This document shows positions 47,149 through 56,803 of a DNA stretch of 64,000 nucleotides, one piece after another. A program made the translations under genes and the position numbers. Location: the NCBI GenBank assembly GCA_036490655.1, contig DASXDM010000013.1, positions 67,582-131,581 of the forward strand, in the 5' to 3' direction. Every line of letters starts with the position of its first letter. The first letter of the stretch is position 1. The DNA comes from Verrucomicrobiia bacterium. GTDB lineage: Bacteria; Verrucomicrobiota; Verrucomicrobiia; Limisphaerales; UBA11358. The notes beneath the pieces are model-generated. The model saw only the letters and a list, made by a program, of their open reading frames with translations. It was not told the origin of the DNA and searched no databases.

Positions 47149-47994
47149 ATGCCCAACGCTTTTCCCAACAAACTGTTATTCGTGGATCCGTCGCCGATCG
47201 CCCGGCGGTTATTGTGGCATTTATTTTCGATCGGCTCCCGGCGAATGACGGAGCCCGATCATCATGAAAGCTTCGAGAAACCCGGCGCGCATCTGTTCTG
47301 GGTGCAATCGGGGGTGGGCGACCTGGAGCACAAGTCGGGACGGATCGCTTTGCGCCATGGGAAGAAGATTTGGCTGGCGGACATGAGCAAGCCGCGCAAA
47401 TACATTCCGGCGCCGAACCGGCATTTGACGATCACCGGTTTTCGTTTTGGCGGTCCCGGCCTGGAATTTTGGCATGATGAATTCCACGTTGGCGAAAATG
47501 CCGAGTTCCCGGTGGACGATCTGAATTTTGTCACCCGCAGTTATAGCGAATTGCTCCGGCTGGTGCGCCGCCGGCCGACAGGGTGGGAATGGCAGATTCA
47601 CCTGGCCATCACCCAGATCATGGGGGAGTTGCTGGTGTCGCGGAAACTTTTGGATTCACCGCATGCGGAATTGCCCGAACCCGTCGTGCGTGTGCTCAAT
47701 GCCATTTCGGCCAACCCGCTGCGCGACTGGAAGGCGAAGGAACTTACGACCATCGGCAAGGTCAGTTATTCCGGGTTGCGCGCGATGTTTCAAACTTCCG
47801 GCCAGGGGACGATCCATGCCCATATTCAACGGGCACGGCTGGACCAGGCGCGCCTGCTGCTGGCCGACAAGCGGCTCTCGATAAAAAACGTTTCCGGCCA
47901 GTTGAATTTTTCCAGCGAATTTTATTTCAGCCATTTTTTCCGGCATCACACCGGGATGACGCCGACGGAATTCCGGCAGCATTTGAAAGGTTAA
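47149..47994 (+). CDS. AraC/XylS-family transcriptional regulator
   Basis: 281 aa. C-terminal HTH: SIKNVSGQLNFSSEFYFSHFFRHHTGMTPTEFR. The ATG follows the kinase stop directly. Confidence 0.85.
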   Translation: MPNAFPNKLLFVDPSPIARRLLWHLFSIGSRRMTEPDHHESFEKPGAHLFWVQSGVGDLEHKSGRIALRHGKKIWLADMSKPRKYIPAPNRHLTITGFRFGGPGLEFWHDEFHVGENAEFPVDDLNFVTRSYSELLRLVRRRPTGWEWQIHLAITQIMGELLVSRKLLDSPHAELPEPVVRVLNAISANPLRDWKAKELTTIGKVSYSGLRAMFQTSGQGTIHAHIQRARLDQARLLLADKRLSIKNVSGQLNFSSEFYFSHFFRHHTGMTPTEFRQHLKG

Positions 47995-50814
47995 ATGGAG
48001 AGATATCCCAGGCTCGTCGACCCCCCATCCGGCTTTTCACCAGTTCCGGGCCGGGAGACTTTTAAATGGCCGGGGCTGATGCCGGTATGCCTTTTCCTTT
48101 TGTTGGTTTTCCCCGCTTCGATGGATGGCCAGCAGACCGGGATCCAATTTCTTTCCGGTCATGGCAAGGATGATGCCGTCCCCTGGAATTTCTTTTGCAC
48201 CAGCGGGGCCCAATCCGGTCACTGGACCCATTTACCCGTGCCCTCTAATTGGGAATTACACGGTTTCGGCACGCTCAGCTATCACCGCGACCTGACGAAC
48301 CACTATGACGAACGCGGGCTATATGAACACGAATTTTCCGTTCCCGATGGCTGGCGCGGAAAAAGGATTTTCCTCGTGTTCGATGGCGCGATGACCGATA
48401 CGAGCGCAAAATTAAACGGCCAATCCGTTGGCCCGACGCATCAGGGCGGTTACTATCAATTCAAATATGAGATCACGCCGCTGGTGAAGTTTCATGCCGA
48501 AAATAAACTCGAGGTCACGGTCGCCAAGCATTCGGCGAATAATTCAGTCAACGGGGCGGAGCGGACCGGCGATTATTGGATGTACGGGGGGATCTTTCGC
48601 CCGGTTTATCTCGAAGCGGTCCCATCGCAATTCATTGATCGCGTCGCGATCGATGCTGAAGCCGATGGAAATTTTTCCCTGGACGTTTTCCTGGATGGCA
48701 TCGCGGAGGGCGATGAGGTTGAGGCGCAGATCCAGACGCTTCGCGGAAAAAATATCGGCCAGTCTTTTGCGGGGAAAGTTTCCGGCGAAAAAATTTCGCT
48801 TCAATCAAAAGTCCTTTCGCCGGAACTTTGGAGCGCGGAAACCCCAAATCTTTACCAGGTGGTGGTCCGCCTCAAGCAGAACGGCAAAACCGTTCACCAG
48901 GTCGTCCAGCGCTTCGGCTTCCGCACTTTTGAAGTCCGCGATGGCGACGGACTTTATCTCAATGGCCAGCGAGTGGTCTTGAAGGGTTGCAACCGGCACT
49001 CGTTCTGGCCGGACTCCGGACGCTGCCTGAGCGACGCCGTGCAGCGCCTGGACATCGAGACTCTCAAAGATATGAACATGAATGCAGTCCGCATGTCGCA
49101 TTATCCTCCCGATGCGGAATTTCTCGATCTGTGCGATGAGCTTGGCATTTACGTTTTGGATGAACTGGGAGGCTGGCATCATTATTATGACAATACGGTG
49201 GGTCCAAAACTGGTGAACGAGATGGTCACCCGCGATGTCAATCATCCGTCGATTTTATTTTGGGACAATGGGAACGAAGGCGGCTTCAACACGAACCTCG
49301 ATAAAATTTTTGACCAGCTTGATCCCCAGAACCGCCGGGTGCTGCATCCGTGGGCGCCGTTCAGCGGGTTGAACACCATCCATTATCTTCCTTATGATTT
49401 GGCGAAGCTTGCCTGCGCGGGAGTGCCGATCATCTTCCACAAAGACCGTTATATCGCTGACACCAATTCGCCGGACAAGTTTATTTACATGCCGACAGAA
49501 TTCATGCACGGACTCTTCGACGGCGGCGCCGGCGCCGGTTTTGTTGAAACCTGGGATTTGATGTCGCAGAGCAAATTTCTGGGCGGCGGATTTTTCTGGG
49601 CGTTTTTAGATGAAGGCGTGAAGCAACCCCTCACCGGCATGATCGACGTCTGCTCAAACCAGGCGCCGGATGGGATTGTCGGCCCCTATCGCCAGCGCGA
49701 AGCCAGTTTTTATGCAATCAAGGAGGTTTGGTCGCCGATCCAGATCATGGAAACAAACCTGGCGGAGGGGTTTGATGGAACGTTGACCGTTGAAAACCAT
49801 TATAGTTTTACCGACGCGAGCCAGTGTAAATTTCATTGGGAATTGCGCCGGTATATTTTCTCGCCAGGCGCAACTTCTCCGAAGCTAAAGATCAGCGCAG
49901 CGGGCACGGCGGAATCACCGGAAATTCCACCCGGCGGGAGCGGTCAGCTTCACCTGGAGTTGCCGGAAAAGCTGTCGGACGCGCCGGGCCGGGCGGAAGA
50001 TGATTTTCTTGCCGTGCGCATCACCGATCCCAACGGACGCGAACTTTGGACATATGTATGGCCGCTTCGCCAACGCGGGGCATTGACGGCGTCTGCCCGC
50101 GTTATCGCCCGCGCACATTTTGACGGCACCAGTCCGGAGACGAACGAACTCAAAGGCGCCGGGATCATTGCGCGAATCGAGAACGGCGAGATGGTCTCCG
50201 TTGAAAAGGACGGCAAAACATTTTCATTGGTTAACGGTCCCCGGATCGCGGCGACCAATTCAATTCTCAAAAACGTCTCCTGGCAATTGCGCGACGACGG
50301 CTGGCTCCAATGCGATTACACGTATTCCGCCGGGGGGACCAATGACTTCTTCGGCGTGGCCTTTGATTATCCGGAGAATTTTGTCAGATCCAAACGCTGG
50401 CTCGGAGATGGTCCGTACCGGGTTTGGAAAAATCGCCTCGAAGGGGTGACCCCCGGCCTCTGGCAAAACAATTACAATGACACCATCACCGGCTGGCATG
50501 ATTGGATTTACCCTGAATTCAAAGGCATCTTTGCCAATGTCCGCTGGCTCCAACTGGAAACGACCGAAGGCCGGATCACCGTCGTGCCCGGTACTGAAAT
50601 TCCCTACGTCCAGGTCTTGACGCCCAAATCTCCTCCAAAAGAGATCGCATTAAATACCTATGTCCAGGTTCCGGCCTGTGGTTTGGCCTTTTTGAACGGA
50701 ATTCCGCCGATTGGAAGCAGCACCCACACATCGCAGAGCGTGAGCCCTTCAGGTGAAAAACCCTGCGCCCATGGCGAGTATCACGGCACGGTAAGTTTTT
50801 ATTTTAATAAATGA
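47995..50814 (+). CDS. glycoside hydrolase family 2 (beta-galactosidase/glucuronidase-type)
   Basis: 939 aa. GCNRHSFWPDSG, NAVRMSHYPPDAEF, FWDNGNEGG. The signal-peptide-like MPVCLFLLLVFPA suggests a possible true start at 48079. Confidence 0.85.
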   Translation: MERYPRLVDPPSGFSPVPGRETFKWPGLMPVCLFLLLVFPASMDGQQTGIQFLSGHGKDDAVPWNFFCTSGAQSGHWTHLPVPSNWELHGFGTLSYHRDLTNHYDERGLYEHEFSVPDGWRGKRIFLVFDGAMTDTSAKLNGQSVGPTHQGGYYQFKYEITPLVKFHAENKLEVTVAKHSANNSVNGAERTGDYWMYGGIFRPVYLEAVPSQFIDRVAIDAEADGNFSLDVFLDGIAEGDEVEAQIQTLRGKNIGQSFAGKVSGEKISLQSKVLSPELWSAETPNLYQVVVRLKQNGKTVHQVVQRFGFRTFEVRDGDGLYLNGQRVVLKGCNRHSFWPDSGRCLSDAVQRLDIETLKDMNMNAVRMSHYPPDAEFLDLCDELGIYVLDELGGWHHYYDNTVGPKLVNEMVTRDVNHPSILFWDNGNEGGFNTNLDKIFDQLDPQNRRVLHPWAPFSGLNTIHYLPYDLAKLACAGVPIIFHKDRYIADTNSPDKFIYMPTEFMHGLFDGGAGAGFVETWDLMSQSKFLGGGFFWAFLDEGVKQPLTGMIDVCSNQAPDGIVGPYRQREASFYAIKEVWSPIQIMETNLAEGFDGTLTVENHYSFTDASQCKFHWELRRYIFSPGATSPKLKISAAGTAESPEIPPGGSGQLHLELPEKLSDAPGRAEDDFLAVRITDPNGRELWTYVWPLRQRGALTASARVIARAHFDGTSPETNELKGAGIIARIENGEMVSVEKDGKTFSLVNGPRIAATNSILKNVSWQLRDDGWLQCDYTYSAGGTNDFFGVAFDYPENFVRSKRWLGDGPYRVWKNRLEGVTPGLWQNNYNDTITGWHDWIYPEFKGIFANVRWLQLETTEGRITVVPGTEIPYVQVLTPKSPPKEIALNTYVQVPACGLAFLNGIPPIGSSTHTSQSVSPSGEKPCAHGEYHGTVSFYFNK

Positions 50815-53147
50815 TCATGAACACACGACGACTGTTTTTCTCACTTATCGCAACAACGGGAATGCTGTTTTCGGCGCATGCCGCGGATCAGGCGCCACTG
50901 CAGATTTGGTTCGCTCAACCGGCGGCGCAGTGGACGGATGCGCTACCGATCGGCAACGGCAGCATGGGCGCGATGGTTTTCGGTGGAATTTCCGATGAAC
51001 GGATCCAATTCAACGAAGACACCTTGTGGACCGGCAAGCCACACGATTATGTCCGCGCCGGCGCGCGCGAACAATTGCCGGTGCTCCGCCAACTGGTGTT
51101 CGACGGACAGGCCAAGGAAGCCGAGCGGCTGGCAAAGACAAATTTTTTAAGCGATCCAATCCGGCAAAAAGCCTACCAGCCATTCGGTGATTTGCATTTC
51201 CATTTCGCCGGCCAGACCAATGTGAGCGACTATCGGCGGGAATTGGACCTGAATGCGGGAATCGCGCGCGTGAAATATAGCGCAAGCGGTGTGAGGTTCA
51301 CCCGCGAGGCGTTTGCCAGTTATCCGGATGATGTGATCGTCCTGCATTTCACCGCAGACAAACCCGGCAAAATCAGTTTTACGCTGTCAATGGACAGTCC
51401 GCACCCGAATTCGGAGACCACGGCGGTCGGGACCAACACGCTGGCGCTGACCGGACTGGTTGAAGTCGGCGGTCTAAGATTCCAATCGCGAGTACGAGTG
51501 ATTTGCCAGGGAGGAACGATGACAACGCAGAGAGATTCCATTGAGGTCGCGAATGCTGATTCCGCGACGATGTATTTGGTCGCGGCGACGAGCTTCAAAA
51601 ACTTTCAGGACATCAGCGGCGACCCGGACCAGCGCTGCGAACAAATGATGGCCCACGCGGAGAAATCGAGTTTTGAAGATTTGTTGTCGCGGCATCTCGC
51701 GGATTATCAAAATCTTTTTGGCCGCGTATCGTTGGATTTGGGCAACACGGAGCGCGCACAATTGCCAACGGACCAGCGTTTAGCGACGGTCAAGGCATCC
51801 GGCCTGGACGATGACCCGGCGCTTGCCGCGTTGTATTTTCAGTATGGCCGCTATCTATTGATCTCAAGCAGTCGTCCGGGCGGGCAGCCGGCAAATCTCC
51901 AGGGGCTATGGAATGACCAGCTCAATCCGCCGTGGGAAAGCAAGTGGACGCTCAACATCAATTGCGAGATGAATTATTGGCCGGCAGAAGTCGCGAACCT
52001 GAGCGAATGCACGGGGCCGCTGTTCAGCATGATCAATGATCTGGCGATCAGCGGTCATCGCACGGCAGAGGAGCAGTACGGATGCGATGGCTGGGTGGTC
52101 AACCACAACACCGATATTTGGCGCGGGAGCGCGCCCATCAATGGCTTTGACGGCGTCTGGCCGACCGGGGGCGCATGGCTTTGTTATCATTTGTGGGAAC
52201 ATTATCTTTTCACCGGCGACAAACAATTTCTCGCCAGCGCTTATCCGGACATGAAATCGGCTTCGCAGTTTTTTGTGGATTATCTGATCAAAGATCCGAA
52301 GACCGGCTGGCTGGTCACCTCTCCATCTTTCTCGCCTGAGGAAGGGGAAATGTGCGCTGGCCCGACGATGGATAACCAACTCATCCGCGCACTGATGGAT
52401 AACACCATTGCGGCCGCAAAAATCCTGGACACGGACAAAACATTTTCCGAAAAACTGGCGAAAGTGCGGGACCAACTTCCGCCGAATCAAGTCGGCAAAT
52501 ATGGCCAGCTTCAGGAGTGGATCGATGATCTCGACAAGCCGAACAACAACCATCGCCATATGTCTCCGCTTTGGGCATTGTTTCCCGGCGCTGACATTTC
52601 GCCAGCGGATCCGAAGATCTGGGCCGCGGCAAATGTACTGCTCAAGTGGCGCGGCGATGGCAGCACCGGCTGGAGCTATGCCTGGCGCATCCCGCTTTGG
52701 GCGCGGGCGGGGGACGGTGAATACGCCTATCGGCAACTCAATCTCCTTTTACAAAAAAGGACACTGCCAAATCTGTTTGATCTTTGCGGGCCCTTCCAGA
52801 TCGACGGCAATTTTGGCGCGCCCGCGGGGATCGCCGAAATGCTTTTGCAAAGCCAGTGGACGGAAAAGGCCGAAAGCGGGAAGACCGATGCGGGAGCCAG
52901 GATGCTGGATCTGTTGCCGGCTCTCCCCAAAGAATGGCCGAACGGTTCGATCAGCGGTTTATGCGCGCGCGATGGATTTGAAGTTGATTTGAAATGGAGC
53001 CACGGCGCACTGACGCAGGCGGTGATCCGTTCGAAACTTGGCGAGCCATGCGTTATCCGTTATGCCGGGCATGATGTGAAATTGAATACGGAAAGCGGCC
53101 ACGCATATGTCTTTGACGGCCAATTGAAAGCTTCCGCAGGAAATTGA
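50811..53147 (+). CDS. glycoside hydrolase family 95 (alpha-L-fucosidase/alpha-L-galactosidase type)
   Basis: 778 aa with a signal peptide. LQIWFAQPAAQWTDALPIGNGSMGAMVFGG...IQFNEDTLW is the typical GH95 N-terminus. Confidence 0.9.
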   Translation: MIMNTRRLFFSLIATTGMLFSAHAADQAPLQIWFAQPAAQWTDALPIGNGSMGAMVFGGISDERIQFNEDTLWTGKPHDYVRAGAREQLPVLRQLVFDGQAKEAERLAKTNFLSDPIRQKAYQPFGDLHFHFAGQTNVSDYRRELDLNAGIARVKYSASGVRFTREAFASYPDDVIVLHFTADKPGKISFTLSMDSPHPNSETTAVGTNTLALTGLVEVGGLRFQSRVRVICQGGTMTTQRDSIEVANADSATMYLVAATSFKNFQDISGDPDQRCEQMMAHAEKSSFEDLLSRHLADYQNLFGRVSLDLGNTERAQLPTDQRLATVKASGLDDDPALAALYFQYGRYLLISSSRPGGQPANLQGLWNDQLNPPWESKWTLNINCEMNYWPAEVANLSECTGPLFSMINDLAISGHRTAEEQYGCDGWVVNHNTDIWRGSAPINGFDGVWPTGGAWLCYHLWEHYLFTGDKQFLASAYPDMKSASQFFVDYLIKDPKTGWLVTSPSFSPEEGEMCAGPTMDNQLIRALMDNTIAAAKILDTDKTFSEKLAKVRDQLPPNQVGKYGQLQEWIDDLDKPNNNHRHMSPLWALFPGADISPADPKIWAAANVLLKWRGDGSTGWSYAWRIPLWARAGDGEYAYRQLNLLLQKRTLPNLFDLCGPFQIDGNFGAPAGIAEMLLQSQWTEKAESGKTDAGARMLDLLPALPKEWPNGSISGLCARDGFEVDLKWSHGALTQAVIRSKLGEPCVIRYAGHDVKLNTESGHAYVFDGQLKASAGN

Positions 53148-53235
53148 ACACCCGGTCAGTTCGTTTCGGGATTATATACTTGAACTTTCTGGTTTATCGT
53201 ACGCAAGATGCTCGCACCGCCACCGAGCTCTAAAT

Positions 53236-53736
53236 TTGTCAAGAAAGCCGCCAAGAAGTCGCGTGGGAAGAAGTGTTGACAATATTGAAAACGCACTGCA
53301 AGTTTTAAGCATGGTAAACGCGCCGACAATGGAATTTCCGCGATCAACGCTGCCAGTTGACAGGTTGCAACAGGAATTGAAATGGATGGAAACTTCACAA
53401 GAAGTGACTCCCCTGGTAAAAATTACCACTGCGGCGGTAATATGGTTCTTGCAAGTGGACATCTTAAGATGCCAAGAGGCAGATGGAATGATTGACGGTG
53501 GGTATGAAAATTCTTTGAGCGAGCACAGATATGCCCTTTCTCAATTAGCAACAAACGGTGAGAAAATCTATCTGGCAGCCCAACAAAATAAAATTTCAGT
53601 ATTCTTAAATAATTTCACAATCGAAGATATTCGGGCAACCCTCGAAACATTACACACTACCTTTATATGCCAGCATGGAGAGAAAAACTCATCTCGCGTA
53701 AATGCTGCCATCGAGGGATTGTTCGATGCCGCGTAA
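53236..53736 (+). CDS. hypothetical protein in an AT-rich insert
   Basis: 166-aa ORF. An alternative start at 53311 (MVNAPTMEF) is possible. No family recognised; one R-x6-H string (RATLETLH) is noted only. Confidence 0.4.
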   Translation: MSRKPPRSRVGRSVDNIENALQVLSMVNAPTMEFPRSTLPVDRLQQELKWMETSQEVTPLVKITTAAVIWFLQVDILRCQEADGMIDGGYENSLSEHRYALSQLATNGEKIYLAAQQNKISVFLNNFTIEDIRATLETLHTTFICQHGEKNSSRVNAAIEGLFDAA

Positions 53737-53965
53737 CCCTAAAATTGAAGCGATTTTAGAAGCGTGGATTGAATCGGAAATTTGCCAACCTCCACATAGA
53801 AACGAGGCTCTCAAAAAGTTGAATGGGCTTATTGACGGAGTGATTGGAGAAACAAACTTCTCAAGAACTCAAATTTTAGATTTTTTGTATCCCAGATTCA
53901 AAGAGCTAAAAGCCAAAAAAAGAAAAGAACTTAAAATTGCTGTTGCTCAATCTGCCGGACTATAA
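53726..53965 (+). CDS. hypothetical small protein in an AT-rich insert
   Basis: Start taken at MPRNPKIEAIL, overlapping the upstream stop by 11 nt. 79 aa with a Lys-rich C-terminus. Confidence 0.4.
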   Translation: MPRNPKIEAILEAWIESEICQPPHRNEALKKLNGLIDGVIGETNFSRTQILDFLYPRFKELKAKKRKELKIAVAQSAGL

Positions 53966-54006
53966 AAAATAAAACTTTCCAGCAGTTTTCATCACCCAGT
54001 TCCAGC

Positions 54007-56793
54007 CTAATAATTGCGTTTGGGAAGCATATCATCCCGATTCGCTTCAAATAGGTACCGGCCGGATCCGATTTGAAAGACGGCGCAGTTGTTTTCCATG
54101 CGCAGATAGCGGACGTCTTTGTTTTGATCCGCAGGTTGGCCACTCTCGGTGACCGTGGAAGCGGATTTTGCAGGGACAAAAACTTCAGCGGTTGTGCCGG
54201 GGGGAATCGTGACGTGTAATTGTAATTTTCCGCCGGCGCGTTTCCAATCGCTGGCAATCCATCCATGAATGGAATTGTAACTTGCGCGCGCCCAATCCAC
54301 GCCGGAGACGGTTTGCGGCGCGATCACGATCTTTTCAAAACCCGCGCTGTCCGGGGCGTTTTGGACCCCCGCAAGGTCGTGAAAAAACCATTCCTGGATC
54401 TGGCCGAGCATGAAATGGTCCTGCGATGAGCCGCCATCCCACGCTTCCGTCAAACTCGTTTTTCCCTTCGCAACCTGCATTCCATAGCCGGGTTTATCAG
54501 TCTGGTTGTTCATTTCAAGGATCACGTCACTGCGTCCGCCATCGGCCAGCGCGCGCAGCAGGTATCGATAGCCGACGTCACCCGCGGTCCACGCGTTTCC
54601 ACGGTCCTGGATATCGCGAACGATCGCGTCTAAAACGCCCGCGCGATTTGACGCATCACAAATGCCAAAAACGAGGGGCATGGCGTTGGCGCACTGTGAA
54701 TCGGTCGCATAAAAATGATTTGTGGGGTCGTAAAATTTTTGGTTGAAGGCGATGCGAATATTTTCGGCCAGCGCGGACATTTCCTTGGCATCCTCTTCCT
54801 GGCCCAGCAATTCGGCGGCACGCGAGAGGATTTTCGCGTCCTCAAAATAGAAGGCGGTGCCGGTGAGCGCAATGGGGGTGAGTTGCGAGAGGCCCGGCTT
54901 TTTCGGGCCGAGGTCGTACCAATCGCCCATGCCGTAATCAACGATGTAGTTGGTGGCGCGGCTGCCAAGGTAGGCGAGATAATTGGTCATGCCTTCATAA
55001 TGTTTGCGGATCAGTTCGAGGTCGGCGTCAAACTCGTATTGCTGCCAGGGGATGAGGATGAAGCTGCTGCTCCATTCCGGAGAATCGCCATAAAGATTCC
55101 GGGCGTGGAGCAAATTATTTTTGTCGCGAAAAACATCGTATTCGGGCGCGGTGGTGGGGACGAGGCCGTCAGGAAGTTGCGAATCGCCGATGTCGTTAAG
55201 GGTTTTTGTAAAAAGTTGCGCGAGGTCGAAATCATAACGCAAGGCGGGGCCGTTTAAATGGTCCTGCTCGAGCCAGCCGAGGCGTTCCCGGTGCGGGCAA
55301 TCGGTCAAGATGCTCATCATATTGTTTTGCTGTGCCCAGCGGACGAGGCTGAAAGTGCGATTGAAGAGGTCGTTGGAGCATTCAAAGCGGCCGACTGGTT
55401 CTGAGTCGGAATGGACAACGATGCCCGCGATGGAACGCAAATGGGGCACTGAGCCGCCGGCGGTCGCGGGCAGGAAATGGACTTGAAGGTAGCGACAGCC
55501 CACGTAAAAAAAGGCCGGCGACCAGGTTTCCACGCCATCGGTGCCTTTCGTGTATTGACACCAAATTTGGCCGCGATGTCCTCCGCCCATCGAGCCTTGG
55601 TTGATCGAGCCATCGGAATTGGTGAGTTCGGAAGGGAACAAGGTAACGCCGCTGGCTGCGGGGCCGAGCAGGGAAATTTCCGGCACATGCGCGGCGTTTT
55701 GGCCAAGGTCAAAAACCATGTCGCCGTTGGTCAGGGTCCAACTGGCAACGGGGATGTGGGTCTCGAACCGATGGATCGGCGGGGCAGCGCAGGAAAGTCC
55801 GCACAGTTTGCCACCGGGGCCATCGACCTCTTTTGCCAACGTCCATTTTGAATCATCGAAACCAGACTGATCCCATCCTTTTTGGACCAGGCGCGCATCA
55901 AAATCCTCGCCGCCGTAGATGGTGGAGAAGGTTATGGGACTTTGCGCGACGCGCCAGTTCCCGTCGGTGCCGATAAATTCGACTGAACCGTCGTTGTATT
56001 CCAGGCGAATCTGGGCGATGACTTTTTGCGGGCCGAAGGAGGCTTTGAATTTGGTGAACCGGCCGCCGCCGATGACGTTATACATGCCGTTACCCAGGGA
56101 AATACCCGCGGCATTTTTTCCGCGTCGCAAATCTTTTGTGATGTCGAACGTGTCATAAAGACAGGTCTTGTCATATTTCGACCAACCGGGGTCGAGGAAA
56201 TCACCACTGATCTTTTGTCCATCGAGGAAGAGTTCGTATTGGCCAAGTCCACAGAGATTGACGAGGGCGCGCTTCAAACCCGGTTTAACGACAAAATCGT
56301 GCCGGAGAATGATTGCAGGGAAGTTGGTATCGGGAAGAGAAATCCATTCTGCATGCCAATCAGAATTGTCCAGGACTCCCATCGTCCATTTGGCGGGTAC
56401 GCCTGGTGATGCATGGCCGTGAAGATCCCAGGCCCGGGCTTTCCAAAATACCTGCTGGAATGAATCCAACTTTTTGCCGGCGTATTTGATTTGAACTGTT
56501 TCACCAGACTCAACCTTGCCGCTGTCCCACAAATCCCCATTATCCTTATCGAGCAAAGCAAGCGATGATGAGACAAAAATTTCGTAAGCAGTCTGGGTTT
56601 GGCCGCGTTCGGCGCTTTGTAATTTCCAGGACAGGCGGGGGCTTTCCGAATCCACGCCTAAAGGATCGGCGGCATAATCACAGCGAAGATTGAAGGGGGT
56701 AAGGCCTGACGCGAGTGAGGACACGGCGAGGGCTGCAAAAATGAACAGCGAAAAAATGGTTCGGTATCGTTGGGGGTAATTGTGGGGGTTCAT
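54007..56793 (-). CDS. glycoside hydrolase family 78 alpha-L-rhamnosidase, secreted paralog
   Basis: Start taken at MNPHNYPQRYRTIFSLFIFAALAVSSLASG (signal peptide; 10 nt after the upstream stop). FNLRCDYAADPLGVDSESPRLSW and DCPHRERLGWLEQD. Confidence 0.9.
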   Translation of the reverse strand: MNPHNYPQRYRTIFSLFIFAALAVSSLASGLTPFNLRCDYAADPLGVDSESPRLSWKLQSAERGQTQTAYEIFVSSSLALLDKDNGDLWDSGKVESGETVQIKYAGKKLDSFQQVFWKARAWDLHGHASPGVPAKWTMGVLDNSDWHAEWISLPDTNFPAIILRHDFVVKPGLKRALVNLCGLGQYELFLDGQKISGDFLDPGWSKYDKTCLYDTFDITKDLRRGKNAAGISLGNGMYNVIGGGRFTKFKASFGPQKVIAQIRLEYNDGSVEFIGTDGNWRVAQSPITFSTIYGGEDFDARLVQKGWDQSGFDDSKWTLAKEVDGPGGKLCGLSCAAPPIHRFETHIPVASWTLTNGDMVFDLGQNAAHVPEISLLGPAASGVTLFPSELTNSDGSINQGSMGGGHRGQIWCQYTKGTDGVETWSPAFFYVGCRYLQVHFLPATAGGSVPHLRSIAGIVVHSDSEPVGRFECSNDLFNRTFSLVRWAQQNNMMSILTDCPHRERLGWLEQDHLNGPALRYDFDLAQLFTKTLNDIGDSQLPDGLVPTTAPEYDVFRDKNNLLHARNLYGDSPEWSSSFILIPWQQYEFDADLELIRKHYEGMTNYLAYLGSRATNYIVDYGMGDWYDLGPKKPGLSQLTPIALTGTAFYFEDAKILSRAAELLGQEEDAKEMSALAENIRIAFNQKFYDPTNHFYATDSQCANAMPLVFGICDASNRAGVLDAIVRDIQDRGNAWTAGDVGYRYLLRALADGGRSDVILEMNNQTDKPGYGMQVAKGKTSLTEAWDGGSSQDHFMLGQIQEWFFHDLAGVQNAPDSAGFEKIVIAPQTVSGVDWARASYNSIHGWIASDWKRAGGKLQLHVTIPPGTTAEVFVPAKSASTVTESGQPADQNKDVRYLRMENNCAVFQIGSGRYLFEANRDDMLPKRNY

Positions 56794-56803
56794 ATTCTTT
56801 GTC

